A DNA stretch of 64,000 nt from Eledone cirrhosa (GCA_964016885.1 OZ024748.1:45942001-46006000), one strand, 5' to 3'. Shown: positions 30,913 to 48,210, counted from the first letter of the stretch. The notes: a model not told the origin generated them from the sequence alone. A program made the numbers and translations.

Positions 30913-31057
30913 GGATCGTGTTCCAGTGTGGAGAGCAATGTTTCGTGACGACGACGCCGCCTTCTTCTCCATCCGCCAATACACCAGCAGCAAAGGCATA
31001 GGAGGACAAGCAGAGCCAGGAATCCCAATATAGCTCCAACAATGGCATAGATCATAT
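30913..31057 (-). CDS. Transmembrane exon
   Basis: 145 nt, phase 1-2, donor gtaagt. MIYAIVGAILGFLALLVLLCLCCWCIGGWRRRRRRRHETLLSTLEHDP: hydrophobic helix, Cys cluster, poly-Arg stop-transfer. Confidence 0.92.
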
Positions 31058-31575
31058 CTGAAACGCAGATTCATCAAATTTAACAATGCAAGAATTAAAA
31101 ACAACCATAAAAATAATTGTTTCTACTTTATTCACAATGCCAGCAATTTGAAGGAAAGAAGAAAGTCAATTAAATCGACCCCACTTCTTACCGGTACTTT
31201 ATTTTATCGACCCCGTAAGGAAGAAAGGCAAAGCTAACCTCGGCGGGATTTGAACTGAGTCTATAAAGGGCCGTAAACTCTTGCTTCAAAGTGTTAAACG
31301 CGGTAACTCTATACTACGAAGCATGGTATCCGTCGCTCTACCGATATTGCAAATCCACGGCCCAAAACCAATGACTATGAAAAAGACCGTTCCTTTTTTG
31401 TATGTATTTCAATTTATTGAAACCATATATAGGGTTTTCATAAACATATCTTTTGATATTGTATGGTCATCCTAAGTATGTGTGTAAATTCTAAAGAGGG
31501 CCGTTAAAAGGTTTACTTTCATATCATCAGAGAAATATTTCTCACGGCCTCGTCTTCATATATGTATGTATGTAC

Positions 31576-31671
<96 letters not shown>

Positions 31672-31742
31672 ATATGTGTGCGTGATGTGTGTGTTTATTG
31701 ATACAGATACATTTATCCATGTATGTATATATATGTATGTAA

Positions 31743-31776
<34 letters not shown>

Positions 31777-31873
31777 ATAATAATTATGAAGATCCCGTAA
31801 AAGTTTAAAAGCAGCGATTCTTTGGTTAAAATTGAATCTGTACAAATAATGTGTGTGTGTGTGTGCGCATGTA

Positions 31874-31942
<69 letters not shown>

Positions 31943-32088
31943 CTGGTGTGGCTCGCAATATGTACCTGGTATAACTGATACACTAAAAAGTCTGCAACTT
32001 TCACAAGCCTTATTGTGGGAGGGAAGGGAGATAAAGAAGGGTTGCCTATGTCTATGTGTGGAGAGAATCTGTATTTAACCATCTAATA

Positions 32089-33046
32089 CAGAGGTTCTCA
32101 AACTTTTAGGACTAACCCTCCACTCATAGCCACGGAACACCCCCAGCGTCCCCAACCATATTTCCAGAGAGACCTGCCTCCACACAAATTGTGAAGGATA
32201 TATAATAAATAAAATCGTTAATTTATATATAATAAATAATATAATATATACCCTGTATAAATACATATATAATTTTTATTTTACAATATTTATATATAAT
32301 ATGTATCATTTGATAATTAATATACTATTTAGAGGCCCCACTCGGCCACGTTTGACCATGGTTTTGCACTTAGAAAGTTTCCCTCCGAGGCACAAGCCTG
32401 GGAAAGGTTTGTTTTGAGGAAGACCAGCAGTTGCCCATGCATACCAGAATCCCCTCTCCATGCCACCAATGTTGTCCAAGGGAAAGGCAATGACCGATAC
32501 AGCTTGGCACCAGTGACGTCACAACTCATTTCTACAGCTGAGTAAACTGGAGCAATGTGAAATAAAGTGTCTTGCTCAAGGAAACAACACATCACCCGGT
32601 CCGAGAATCCAACTCACAACCTCTCAATTGCAATCCCAATGCTCTAAACACTAAGCCATTCGCCTTCATATAATAATATGTGTGTGTGTGACGGCTCACA
32701 CCTATGCAGGCTTAGCTGGCCTCCTACAAGGTGTATCTCGCTGGGGGTGTCTTGGGTGCTTTAACGATAGGGACCCCAGCACTATCATATCATTTCTACA
32801 GCTGAGTAAACTGGAAGTAAAGTACCTTGATCAAGGACAACATACATCACCCGGTCCGAGAATCGAACTCACAACTTCCCAATTGCAAGCCCAATGTTCT
32901 AATCACTAAGCCATGCACCTTCACGTAGTAATATATTATTATATCATTTCTAACCCACACCCTTCAACACACCATAGGCCCAAGCACCACATGGACGTTC
33001 CCATCGCACACCCGGGGGGTCCTAGCTCCCACTTTGGGAAGCTCTG
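32089..33046. mobile_element. hAT (Charlie-like) MITE containing two nested SINEs
   Basis: TIRs CAGAGGTTCTCAAA / TTTGGGAAGCTCTG. 8-bp TSD atctaata/acctaata. SINEs at about 32330-32668 and 32680-32925 (minus). Confidence 0.8.
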
Positions 33047-33104
33047 ACCTAATAATTGTGAAGAAGTATTAGTAAAAAAAGAAGCGGGATTATATTATAC
33101 TTAC

Positions 33105-33134
33105 ATTCATGAAATAGCTCGGTTTCTATTATGA
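33105..33134 (-). CDS. 30-nt juxtamembrane micro-exon
   Basis: Acceptor ctttatattttaacag, donor T|gtaagt, phase 1-1. [10 protein letters not shown]. Confidence 0.65.
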
Positions 33135-33211
33135 CTGTTAAAATATAAAGGGTTTAAGTTATAATTTATTATATTGTTTAAGATATAAACACTTAAGTGA
33201 TACGTGTATAT

Positions 33212-33309
<98 letters not shown>

Positions 33310-33525
33310 TATATATATATATATATACAAATACACATATACACACACATATATATATATACATACATACATACACATATATATATATATACATATACAT
33401 ATACATATATATATATATATATATACACAAACACACACACACATACATATATATACATATATATGTATATATATATATATATATATGTCTATATATATGT
33501 ATATATATATGTGTGTATATATATG

Positions 33526-33572
<47 letters not shown>

Positions 33573-33722
33573 GTATATCTATATACAGTTATATATATAT
33601 ATATATATACACACATATATATATATATATACACATATATATATATATACATATACATATATATACATATACATATATATATACATATTCATATACATAT
33701 ATATATACATATACATATACAT

Positions 33723-33756
<34 letters not shown>

Positions 33757-33800
33757 ATATATACATATACATATACATATATACATACATACATACACAT

Positions 33801-35211
33801 ATCTGGTCATCGGAACTCGCTGTGCAAAACAAAACAGTGGCTCGCAATGTATTTGGTGTGCCTGTCCTAACACCAACGTTTGGAATACTCAATTGGACGA
33901 TAGACCGCCTTTACTTGAAACGTAAGCAGGGAGGCAGAGGCCTAACATCAGTCCAGACAACATTTGAATGTCGCATCATATCTCTCCGACAACATCTACG
34001 AACCTCGAAGCATAGGAACCCGTTTCTCGAGCAAGTCTATCTGCATGAAACAGATAAGATCATGAGAGTTGGGAAGGAACTCCTTGAGAGATATTCCCTG
34101 TGTGATAATTAAAAACTCAGACCCAGGGATGTCGCTCATCCCTGGGTATCGTAGTGAATCAATGGATGAAAAACTGCATGCCTATTAGCAAAAAATCATG
34201 CATGGATATATTGCCAGGAAGCTCCAGAGTGAGAGTAATATAGATAAGGAAAGTAGTCTATCTTGGACCAACAACTGCTATATTGGCTCCCAGTTTGAAG
34301 GATACGCTTTTGCAATCCAGGAACAGGAGATTAGCACGAAATACCTGATTCACAGAAGAGATAGACATGCAGGCAAAACACCTAGATGTGATAACAAGTG
34401 CAGACTCTGCACAACTAACATCGATGATATCATCCATGTCATCAGCAGCTGTCCAAATATGTCATCGCGGTACTATCTACCTATGAGGCATGGTGTAGTG
34501 GCCAAAACACTGTAAAATGCAGTTCGTAAAAAAGATAGCCCCAATAATAAACACATTAAAAGCTACAACAATGTGGAAGACATCCATGTATATAATATGA
34601 AAGAGTACTGGTGGAATGTTCCAGTAGAAACCCCAATAAAATGCAGGCATAACAGACCAGATATTATGAGATGGGACAGGGAGAAGAAAACATGCGCAGT
34701 AGTGGAAATTAGCTGCCCAGCAGATGCCAATATAATATCAAAGATTAGTGAAAAGGAGAATATTTATGCAGAACTGATGAGAAATCTGCAGATACTCCAC
34801 CCTGATTACACCTTCAGATTTATGCCTGTGATTATTGGGGCACTGGGATATGTTAGTAACTGCCTCAATACAAATCTTGAGAAGCTAGGCTTCACAGGAA
34901 CAGAAAGAACACAACTAGTTAGGAAATTACAAGTACAATCAATTAATGGAACAGTAAAAATATGTAAAATATTCCAAAAATGTTGCATCTAATAACTGCA
35001 TATACACATGTACAGATACAAAGCATATACACATGCGCACATACAACTCAAAACATACACAACCACACATACAATGACATCGATATCTACACATGCATGC
35101 ATACATACATATCTACCTAGTTGATGTGTAAATTCCAATGTCTTGTGTCTATATTAGAAACCGACCCTCTCTCTATTGGTAAAACTTTGTGAAATTATAA
35201 AACAAGAAGAA
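33801..35211 (+). mobile_element. R4/Dong-like RLE element in (CATA)n, decayed
   Basis: [53 protein letters not shown]. 3' end runs into (CATA)n. Confidence 0.88.
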
Positions 35212-35269
35212 CATACATACATACATACATACATGCATACATACATACATACATACATACATACATACA

Positions 35270-35305
<36 letters not shown>

Positions 35306-35376
35306 TACATATATATTATATATATTATATATATATATATATAGTGTTGTTTGAGTGGGGAATGAGTATAATTTAC

Positions 35377-35502
35377 CTGTGCAGTTAAAGCCATCTCCCG
35401 ATGTACCCTTTATACAGGAACAGGAAAATCCTCCATCAGTATTTGTACACTTGCCATAAAGAGTGGAACAATTGTCTGTTTTTATCTTACATTCGTCGAT
35501 AT
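35377..35502 (-). CDS. cbEGF exon, type B copy 4, with mutated acceptor (possible pseudo-exon)
   Basis: DIDECKIKTDNCSTLYGKCTNTDGGFSCSCIKGTSGDGFNCT. The acceptor reads tcttacTG where the paralogs have tcttacAG. An in-frame AG lies 21 nt upstream. Confidence 0.6.
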
Positions 35503-36020
35503 CAGTAAGAAAATGAAATAAACCTACAGTTCCAGCACAATTGGTGCATTGTATAATATATATTTCTGATACGTGGTTATACACGTGACATCGTCAGATG
35601 ATTACGCAATCATAAGTGCAACTATGCGGAAGATTCTGATGAAGTCACATGCATTAAGATGTATCAGAAATATTGGCCACGCAATAAAGCGATTATGGTG
35701 AATTAAACACGACTTCACGAGCATATGGAATGCTCTGACCGGCTTATTCTCAAAAGTTTGCAACGTAACAGCTGCGTTTAAGCAGCATATATACTTATAT
35801 ATATATATATTTATATATATTTTTCTGAAGACAGCATATATATGTGAAGGTATGTACATTTCCTCTAATAATTTGTAATATTTTTACATAGATCTATATG
35901 ATATACATACCAACACATATATATCCTAGAAACGATCGTAAAATGATGAATGTTTTAATATAAGGAACATGTTCGTTGTTTTTATTCATTGTTTTTATTA
36001 ATTTATATATATATATATAT

Positions 36021-36069
<49 letters not shown>

Positions 36070-36180
36070 TATATACATATATATACATATATATACATAT
36101 ATATATGTACATATATATACATATGCATATATATATATACATATATATACATATATATACATATATATACATATATATAC

Positions 36181-36220
<40 letters not shown>

Positions 36221-36346
36221 ACATATATATACATATATATATATATTCATATATATATATATATTCATATATATACATATATATATATTCATATATATAT
36301 ATATATATTCATATATATACATATATATACATACATATACATATAT

Positions 36347-36424
<78 letters not shown>

Positions 36425-36425
<1 letters not shown>

Positions 36426-36476
36426 GTGTTGTTTGAGTGGGGAATGAGTATAATTTACCTGTGCAGATAAAGCCAT
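36425..36476 (-). pseudogene. Truncated remnant of a type B exon (3' end plus donor) embedded in microsatellite
   Basis: gtgttgtttgagtggggaatgagtataatttacctgtgcagataaagccat nearly duplicates 35344-35394. The rest of the exon is absent. Confidence 0.75.
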
Positions 36477-36640
36477 ATATTCATATATATACATATATAT
36501 ACATACATATATATATATATAAATAAATATACATATATATATACATACATATATATACATATATATACATATATATATATACATATATATTCATATATAT
36601 ATATACATATATATACATATATATATATACATATATATTC

Positions 36641-36671
<31 letters not shown>

Positions 36672-36700
36672 TAAATATATATATATACATATATATATAC

Positions 36701-36742
<42 letters not shown>

Positions 36743-37174
36743 ACATATACATATATATATACATATATATATATATATAAATATATTTATATATATATAT
36801 ATATACGTAGATATATATATATAAGTACATGTTTATATATATGTTTACAGATATATATATATATATATATACGTACATATATATATATACATACGTAGAT
36901 ACATATATATATATATATATACGTATATATATATACGTATATATATATATATATACGTATATATATATATATACATACGTAGATACATATATATATATAT
37001 ATATACGTATATATATATACGTATATATATATATATATACGTATATATATATATATACATATACGTATATATATATATATATATATATACGTATATATAT
37101 ATATACGTATATATATATATATATATGTATACGTATATATATATATATATATACGTATATATATATATATATAC

Positions 37175-37206
<32 letters not shown>

Positions 37207-37234
37207 GTATATATATATATATATATATTTATAC

Positions 37235-37286
<52 letters not shown>

Positions 37287-37322
37287 GTATATATATCTAT
37301 ATATATATATATATATATATAC

Positions 37323-37441
<119 letters not shown>

Positions 37442-37586
37442 GATATATTTATATATGCATAGATTTATATATATATTCATATATACAATCAGAATTTCCG
37501 GAAAAACAAAATTCATATGTAAAACACATTTTAAAGTTAAATATATATATATGGCGTTGTTCGACTGTGGAATGAGTATAATTTAC

Positions 37587-37712
37587 CTGCGCAGTTAAAG
37601 CCATCTCCCGATGCACCAGTTACACAAGTACAACTATATCCTCCATCAGTATTTGTACACTTGCCATATGGTGTAGAACAATTGTCTGTTTTTATATTAC
37701 ATTCGTTGATAT
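37587..37712 (-). CDS. cbEGF exon, cassette type B copy 3
   Basis: 126 nt. DINECNIKTDNCSTPYGKCTNTDGGYSCTCVTGASGDGFNCA. Confidence 0.9.
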
Positions 37713-38147
37713 CTGTAAGATAATGAAATCATATAAATAACAATGAAAGAAACCATTGTATTTTCCGGACTGGATAAGAAATATATAATTGATGTTTAAT
37801 TGCGATTCTCATTTATTTTAGCGACTTTATCATATCTCCGAGGAGAAGGAACATGCGTGGATGGCTATATATCTACGTTAATATATACACATGGATTAAG
37901 CGAAATGATACCTAACATTTAACATAATTGTATATCATCTCCTTCGAAACATGCGTAATGTTGAATGAAACATGATAATTTTTCCATAGATACTGTTGTG
38001 TTTATATATATATAATAAAAGGTACAAGGTGTTAGATCTTCATTATATTTTGGGGGGTGAGACGCATGTTTCGCGATTGATCAGCTCAAGACTTGATCTG
38101 TATCAATCGGCCCGGCATTGGATTCAAAAGCTCATCTGATTTATATG

Positions 38148-38202
<55 letters not shown>

Positions 38203-38799
38203 ATATGGTGGTTGCCAACACGTTTTCGTGTACGGCCACTACTTTATATCCATGTAAGAGAACCTCTACCGATGCGCTGAACAAGTGTGACTTTTTAGTC
38301 CAGCCAGCGACTTGAAATCTCTCGTTCAAACACTACACTTGTGACAATTATTGACACATAGTGCTGGGCCCATGGTACCATGTGATGACAAGTGCAGAGA
38401 GATCTCCAGATATAAAGCAATCCTGTGCCGTGAAACTTTGATAGTGAGCAAAGGCACTGCACAAAGCCAGTCCCACTCTCTTAACCAAGATTATATTTAC
38501 CAAAAAGAAGAACAAGCCAACATCATTGGATACCATGAGGGTTGCAGGTGTTATATCAGAGTTTTCCTTCTCCTAGAATTCTGCCTTGACAAAGGCTAAG
38601 GGGTCATCTCTCCCGGTGATTTTGGATGTCCATTGGCTCTTAAGAGCTCCTTTGCCCTTTGACAGGTTTTGTTTTTAGTCCTGCAGGATGTCCAAAGTCA
38701 CCCTCCTCACCCATAAAGCTTGGTGGGGTTGCCAGTTTAGTCGCCAACGACCCGTCCATGGGACAGGTTGTACTGGGATACATGATACAAGTAGCACAC

Positions 38800-38830
<31 letters not shown>

Positions 38831-39004
38831 CATACATACCTATGTATATATATATATATTTATACATACATACATATATATGTGTGTATGTGTGTATGTG
38901 TGTGTGTGTGTGTGTGTGGAAAAGTTAAACAGAAATAATAAAACAATCCGTACAGTATTAGAAAGGGATATATTAGGTGAAAGCTCGATATAGCAAGCAG
39001 ACGG

Positions 39005-39040
39005 TCTTAACGTTTCGGACGCTGGCCCTTCATCAGTAGA
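39005..39040 (-). ncRNA. Minimal PLE-type hammerhead core (relatives at 54190-54224, 59328-59363, 63104-63138; degenerate at ~42155 and ~49665)
   Basis: CTGATGA a gggc cagc gtcc GAAA cg TT. The 63104 copy reads CTGAAGA a gggc ttat gccc GAAA cg TC. Stem I is weak. Confidence 0.65.
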
Positions 39041-39270
39041 AATAATGAGAAATAAGATATATTGAGGGTATATATATATATATATATATATTGAGGGCGT
39101 CTTCACTTATATTATATATGTGCGTCTGTATGGGATGTTTGTCTATGTATTTACCTCTTGTGACTTATCAATTCAACAAATGTGTCCTGTTAAATAACTT
39201 AATGTATTATTGGCTGCCGTCTGACAGGGGAATCTAGTAAGAATATAGAATATATGTAAGAGCAGTTTAC

Positions 39271-39393
39271 CTGTACAAGATAATCCATCTCCTTCATATC
39301 CATGAATACAGGTACACGTGTAGTTTTCATTGTTACCTCTACATGTAGCATGTTGTGAGCAAATGGGTATGGAAGTTTTGCATAAGTCTGCAA
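39271..39393 (-). CDS. EGF exon, cassette type A copy 3
   Basis: 123 nt. VADLCKTSIPICSQHATCRGNNENYTCTCIHGYEGDGLSCT. Confidence 0.88.
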
Positions 39394-39771
39394 CTGTTGA
39401 TCGATATTAAGAGATATTAATAAATATACACACAATTATATATAATAGAGCCCATGTGACCCGTGGGTCTCTTTCTTTAAAAAATATTTTTAAAAAATCA
39501 TTTAAAATAATTAAAATATACAGTGACATGTCTCCCTTTCAATCTATTCTCTCACAGACACTATGTCTTTCTATCTATCTTTAGTGATAAAGGTACCCCC
39601 GAAAAAATACGCGTCTCGGGAACCCATGCTCCGATTTACGCGAAGTTTCTTTTATTCCATTTTTATTCTCAGTCACCGGCCAACGTCCTTTTAAATAATT
39701 TTCCCATTATGTACCGTTTTGGGTATATTAAATTACAGACAAGAGACAATCACAGAGTTTTAGTAGTAGTA

Positions 39772-39860
<89 letters not shown>

Positions 39861-40368
39861 TATATATAATATAGATTCTGATGTAAGATTTTGATGAAGT
39901 CACACGCATAACGATGTAACAGAAATATTGTCCAAGCAATAAAGCAATTATGGTGAAATAAACTCGACTTAACTACTTTTATATAATAAATGAATACATC
40001 GTCACGCCTAATGACCAACTCCCAGCTGGCATAAGATACTGACGTGAAATGCTTTTGGATTTCTTGGACCGGCTTATTCTCAAGAATTTGCAACGTAACT
40101 GCGTATAAGCAGCTTATCTTCTGAAATATATACAGATATATATATATATATATATAATGTATAGTAATAATGATAAATCAGAAGACTAAAATCCAAAGAG
40201 GGCTCGTTAAGGGTAAATATATATCAGGTATATAAAAACCCTATAGCAAATATTTAATCTATTATTTTAACACACACACAGATATATGTATATATATATA
40301 TATCAGCAGAATTTTAGGAAAAACAATATTCATATATAATACACATTTTAATATTATATATAAATATT

Positions 40369-40425
<57 letters not shown>

Positions 40426-40612
40426 ACGAGTAGGACCCCGACGGCTGAGCTCAAGCCGTTTCGACGGCTAATTCTGGTCAAGAATTTGCCGTCGAAACGG
40501 CTTGAACTCAGCCGTCGGGGTCCAACTCGTTCCTATTACCCACTCTACTACCCTAAGTATTGAGTACTTTGGTGCCTTATGTCCCACAAGGTTCCTTACC
40601 ACATTTCCTCCG

Positions 40613-40676
<64 letters not shown>

Positions 40677-40708
40677 TGTTTATCGAGTGTGGAATAATTA
40701 TAATTTAC

Positions 40709-40834
40709 CTGTGCAGTTAAAGCCATCTCCCGATGCACCAGTTATACAAGAACAATTATATCCTCCATCAGTATTTGTACACTTGCCATATGGTGTAGAA
40801 CAATTGTCTGTTTTTATCTTACATTCGTTGATAT
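40709..40834 (-). CDS. cbEGF exon, cassette type B copy 2
   Basis: 126 nt. DINECKIKTDNCSTPYGKCTNTDGGYNCSCITGASGDGFNCT. Confidence 0.9.
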
Positions 40835-41279
40835 CTGTAAGATAATGAAATCATATAAATAACAATGAAAGCAACCATTTTTATTTTCCGGACTGGATAA
40901 GAAATATATAATTGATGTTTAATTGCGATTCTCATTTATTTTAGCGACTTTATCATATCTCCGAGGAGAAGGAACATGCGTGGATGGCTATATATCTACG
41001 TTAATATATACACATGGATTAAGCGAAATGATACGTAACATTTAACATAATTATATATCAACTCCATCGAAACATGTGTAAGAGAATAAATATGGGTTTT
41101 GAATGAAAGATGATAATTTTTCCATAGATACTGTTGTGTTTATATATATATAATAAAAAGTACAAGGTGTTAGATCTTCCTTACATTTTGGGGGGTGAGA
41201 CGCGTGTTTCGCGATTGATCAGCTCAAGGCTTGATCTGTATTAATCGGGCCGGCATTGGATTCAAAAGCTCATCTGATT

Positions 41280-41347
<68 letters not shown>

Positions 41348-41949
41348 CATATGGTGGCTGCCAACTCGTTTTCGAGTACCGCCACTACTTTATATCCACG
41401 TAGGAGAACCCCTACCAATGCGCTGAAAAAGTGTAACGTTTTAGTCCAGCCAGAGACTTGAAAACTCTGGTACGAACACTACACTTCTGACAATTATTGA
41501 CACAGTGCTGGGCCCATGGTACCATGTGACGACAAGTGCAGAGGGATCTCCAGATATAAAGCAATGCCTGTGCCGTGAAGCTTTTATAGTGAGCAAAGGC
41601 ACTGCACAAAGCCAGTGCCACTCTTTTAACCAAGATGATATTTACCAAAAAGAAGAACAAGTCAACACCATTGGAAAACCATCAGGGTTGCAGGTGTTAT
41701 ATCAGAGTTTTCCTTCTCCTAGAATTCTGCTTTGACAAAGGCAAAGGGTCATCTCTCCCGGTGATTTTGGATGGTCATTGACTCTTAAGAGCACCTTTGC
41801 ACTTTGACAGGTTTTGTTTTTAGTCCTGCAGGGTGTCCAAATTCATCCTCCTCACCCATAAAGCTTGGTGGGGTTGCCAGTTTAGTCGCCAACGACCCGT
41901 CCATGGGACAGGTTGTACTGGGATACATGTTACCAGTAGCACATATAAC

Positions 41950-41992
<43 letters not shown>

Positions 41993-42221
41993 AACATACA
42001 TATATATATATATCTACATACATATATATATATACATGTATATATATATATACGTGTGTGTGTGTATATAAGGTAAACAAAATAATAAAACAATCGGTAC
42101 AGTATTTGAAAGTGATATATTCGGTTAAAGCTTGATATAGCAAGGAGACGGTCTGAACGTTTCGGACGCTGGCCCATCTTTAGTATTTAGTAGAAATAAT
42201 GAGAAATAAGATAGATTGAGG

Positions 42222-42279
<58 letters not shown>

Positions 42280-42525
42280 GTACATATATATGTATATATA
42301 TATACGTATATATATATATATATATACATACATATATATATATATTTTGGGCGTCTTCTCTTATATTATACATGTGCGTCTGTAAGGGATGTTTGTGTAT
42401 GTATTTACCTCTTGTGACCTATCAGTTCAAAAAAAGTGTCCTGTTAAAGAAATTAACTTTATTATTGGCCGCCGACCGATAGGGGAATCTAGTAAGAATA
42501 TAGAATATATGTAAGAGCAGTTTAC

Positions 42526-42648
42526 CTGTACATAATAATCCATCTCCTTCATATCCTGGAATACAGGTACACGTGTAGTTTTCATTGTTACCGCTACATG
42601 CAGCAAATTGTGAGCAATTGGGTATGTCAGTTTTGCACATGTCATCAA
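42526..42648 (-). CDS. EGF exon, cassette type A copy 2
   Basis: 123 nt. VDDMCKTDIPNCSQFAACSGNNENYTCTCIPGYEGDGLLCT. Confidence 0.88.
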
Positions 42649-43038
42649 CTGTTGATCAATATTAAGAGATATTAATAAATATACACACAATTATATATAA
42701 TAGACCACATGTGACCCATTGGGTCACTTTCCGTAAACAATATTGAAAAAATATTTTAAATTCTGTCACAGACACTATGTCTTTCTATCTATCTTTATTG
42801 ATAAAGGTACCCCCCCCCCCCACCACCACCACCAAAATAAGCGTCTCGGGATCCCATGCTCCGATTTACGCGAAGTTTCTTTTATTCCATTTTTATTCTC
42901 AGTCACCGGGCAACGTCGTTTTATATAATTTTCCTATTATGTACCGTTTTGGGTGTATTAAATTACAGACCAGAAGCAATGCCAGAGCTTTGTTAGTAGT
43001 ATTAGTAGTAGTAGTAGTAGTAGTAACAGTATCAGTAG

Positions 43039-43069
<31 letters not shown>

Positions 43070-43126
43070 ATATGTTTATATATATATATATATATACACA
43101 CATATATATATGTATTCTATTCTATT

Positions 43127-43238
43127 CTAAGGCGGGTAAAATTCCCGAGATCCATGGACGAGTTCTCTCCAGCGGTCTCTGTCCTTCATTATCGCTGCCA
43201 TGTCCTGCGTCTCCAATGGACCAGTGTCTGTCCTTAGG
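43127..43238 (-). mobile_element. Short 3' end of the same RTE-like family
   Basis: Matches 51038-51150. Confidence 0.8.
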
Positions 43239-43766
43239 TGGATATATATGTATATATATATATATATATAATATAGATTCTGATGTAAGATTTTGATGAT
43301 GTCACACGCATAACGATGTAACAGAAATATTGTTCAAGCAATAAAGCAATTATGGTGAAATAAACTCGACTGAACTACTTTTATATAATAAATGAATACA
43401 TCGTCACGCCTAATGACCGACTCCCAGCTGGCATAAGCTACTGACGTGAAATGCTTTTGGATTTCTTGGACTGGCTTATTCTCAAGAATTTGCAACGTAA
43501 CTGCGTATAAGCAGCTTATCTTCTGAAATATATACATATATATATATAATATATAGTAATATATATATAGTAATAATGATAAATGTGAAGACGAAAATCC
43601 AAAGAGGGCTCGTTAGGTAAATATATATCGAAGGGTAAATATATATATCAAGTATATAAGAACCTTATGGCAAATATTTAATCTGTTATTTTAACACACA
43701 CACACACATATATATAAGAAGAATTTTAGGACAAACAAAAATCATATATAATACACATTATATTAT

Positions 43767-43801
<35 letters not shown>

Positions 43802-43843
43802 TAAAATACAAATAATAAAATAGATGTTCTTTTTATCAATTAC

Positions 43844-44012
43844 ATTTTATTATACATATTTCAGATGTACAACAGTACGTCCTCATCAGACAAAATATAA
43901 TGATACATGTCATAGCCTGAGATGTTAAATGGTTAAGATTTAATCAAGGTAGTATATATATTTTGTCTGATGAGGATGTACTGTTGTATATCTGAAATAT
44001 GTATAATAAAAT
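43844..44012. ncRNA. Inverted pair of type I hammerheads (minus 43844-43896, plus 43960-44012)
   Basis: attttgt CTGATGA ggatgtac tgtt gtatatct GAAA tatgta TA ataaaat, within the ~100-bp-arm inverted repeat 43799-44060. Confidence 0.85.
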
Positions 44013-44222
44013 GTAATTCATAAAAAGAACATCTATTTTATTAATATTTGTATTTTAATATTAATAACTCTGGAAAATTATTTTCCATAGAGTGGTTCCA
44101 AACTACTGTAAAACTCATTCTTTGATATACTCATTGAATCTTGTTTAACTCTTTAATATACATTATATATATATATATATATATATATGGCGTTGTTCGA
44201 GTGTGGAATGAGTATAATTTAC

Positions 44223-44348
44223 CTGTGCAGTTAAAGCCATCTCCCAATGCACCAGTTATGCAGGAACAATTATATCCTCCATCAGTATTTGTACACTTGC
44301 CATATGGTGTAGAACAATTGTCTGTTTTTATCTTACATTCGTTGATAT
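44223..44348 (-). CDS. cbEGF exon, cassette type B copy 1
   Basis: 126 nt, phase 1-1. DINECKIKTDNCSTPYGKCTNTDGGYNCSCITGALGDGFNCT. Confidence 0.9.
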
Positions 44349-44699
44349 CTGTAAGATAATGAAATCATATAAATAACAATGAAAGCAACCATTGTATTTT
44401 CCGGACTGGATAAGAAATATATAATTGATGTTTAATTGCGATTCTCATTTATTTTAGCGACTTTATCATAGCTCTGAGGAGAAGGAACATGAGGAGAAGG
44501 TACAAGAATAAATATGGGTTTTGAATGAAAGATGATAATTTTTCCATAGATACTGTTGTGTTTATGTATATATAATAAAAAGTACAAGGCGTTAGATTTT
44601 CATTACTTTTTGGGGGGTGAGACGCGTGTGTCGCGATTGATCAGCTCAAAGTTTGATCTGTATCAATCGGCCCGGCATTGGATTCAAAAGGTCAACTGA

Positions 44700-48207
<3,508 letters not shown>

Positions 48208-48210
<3 letters not shown>

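Noticed and set aside
31515-31535. CTGATGA..GAAA on the minus strand (similar partial hits at ~2225, ~35590, ~35637, ~62150)
   Set aside because: Stem II or stems I/III are missing or too degenerate to call a ribozyme.
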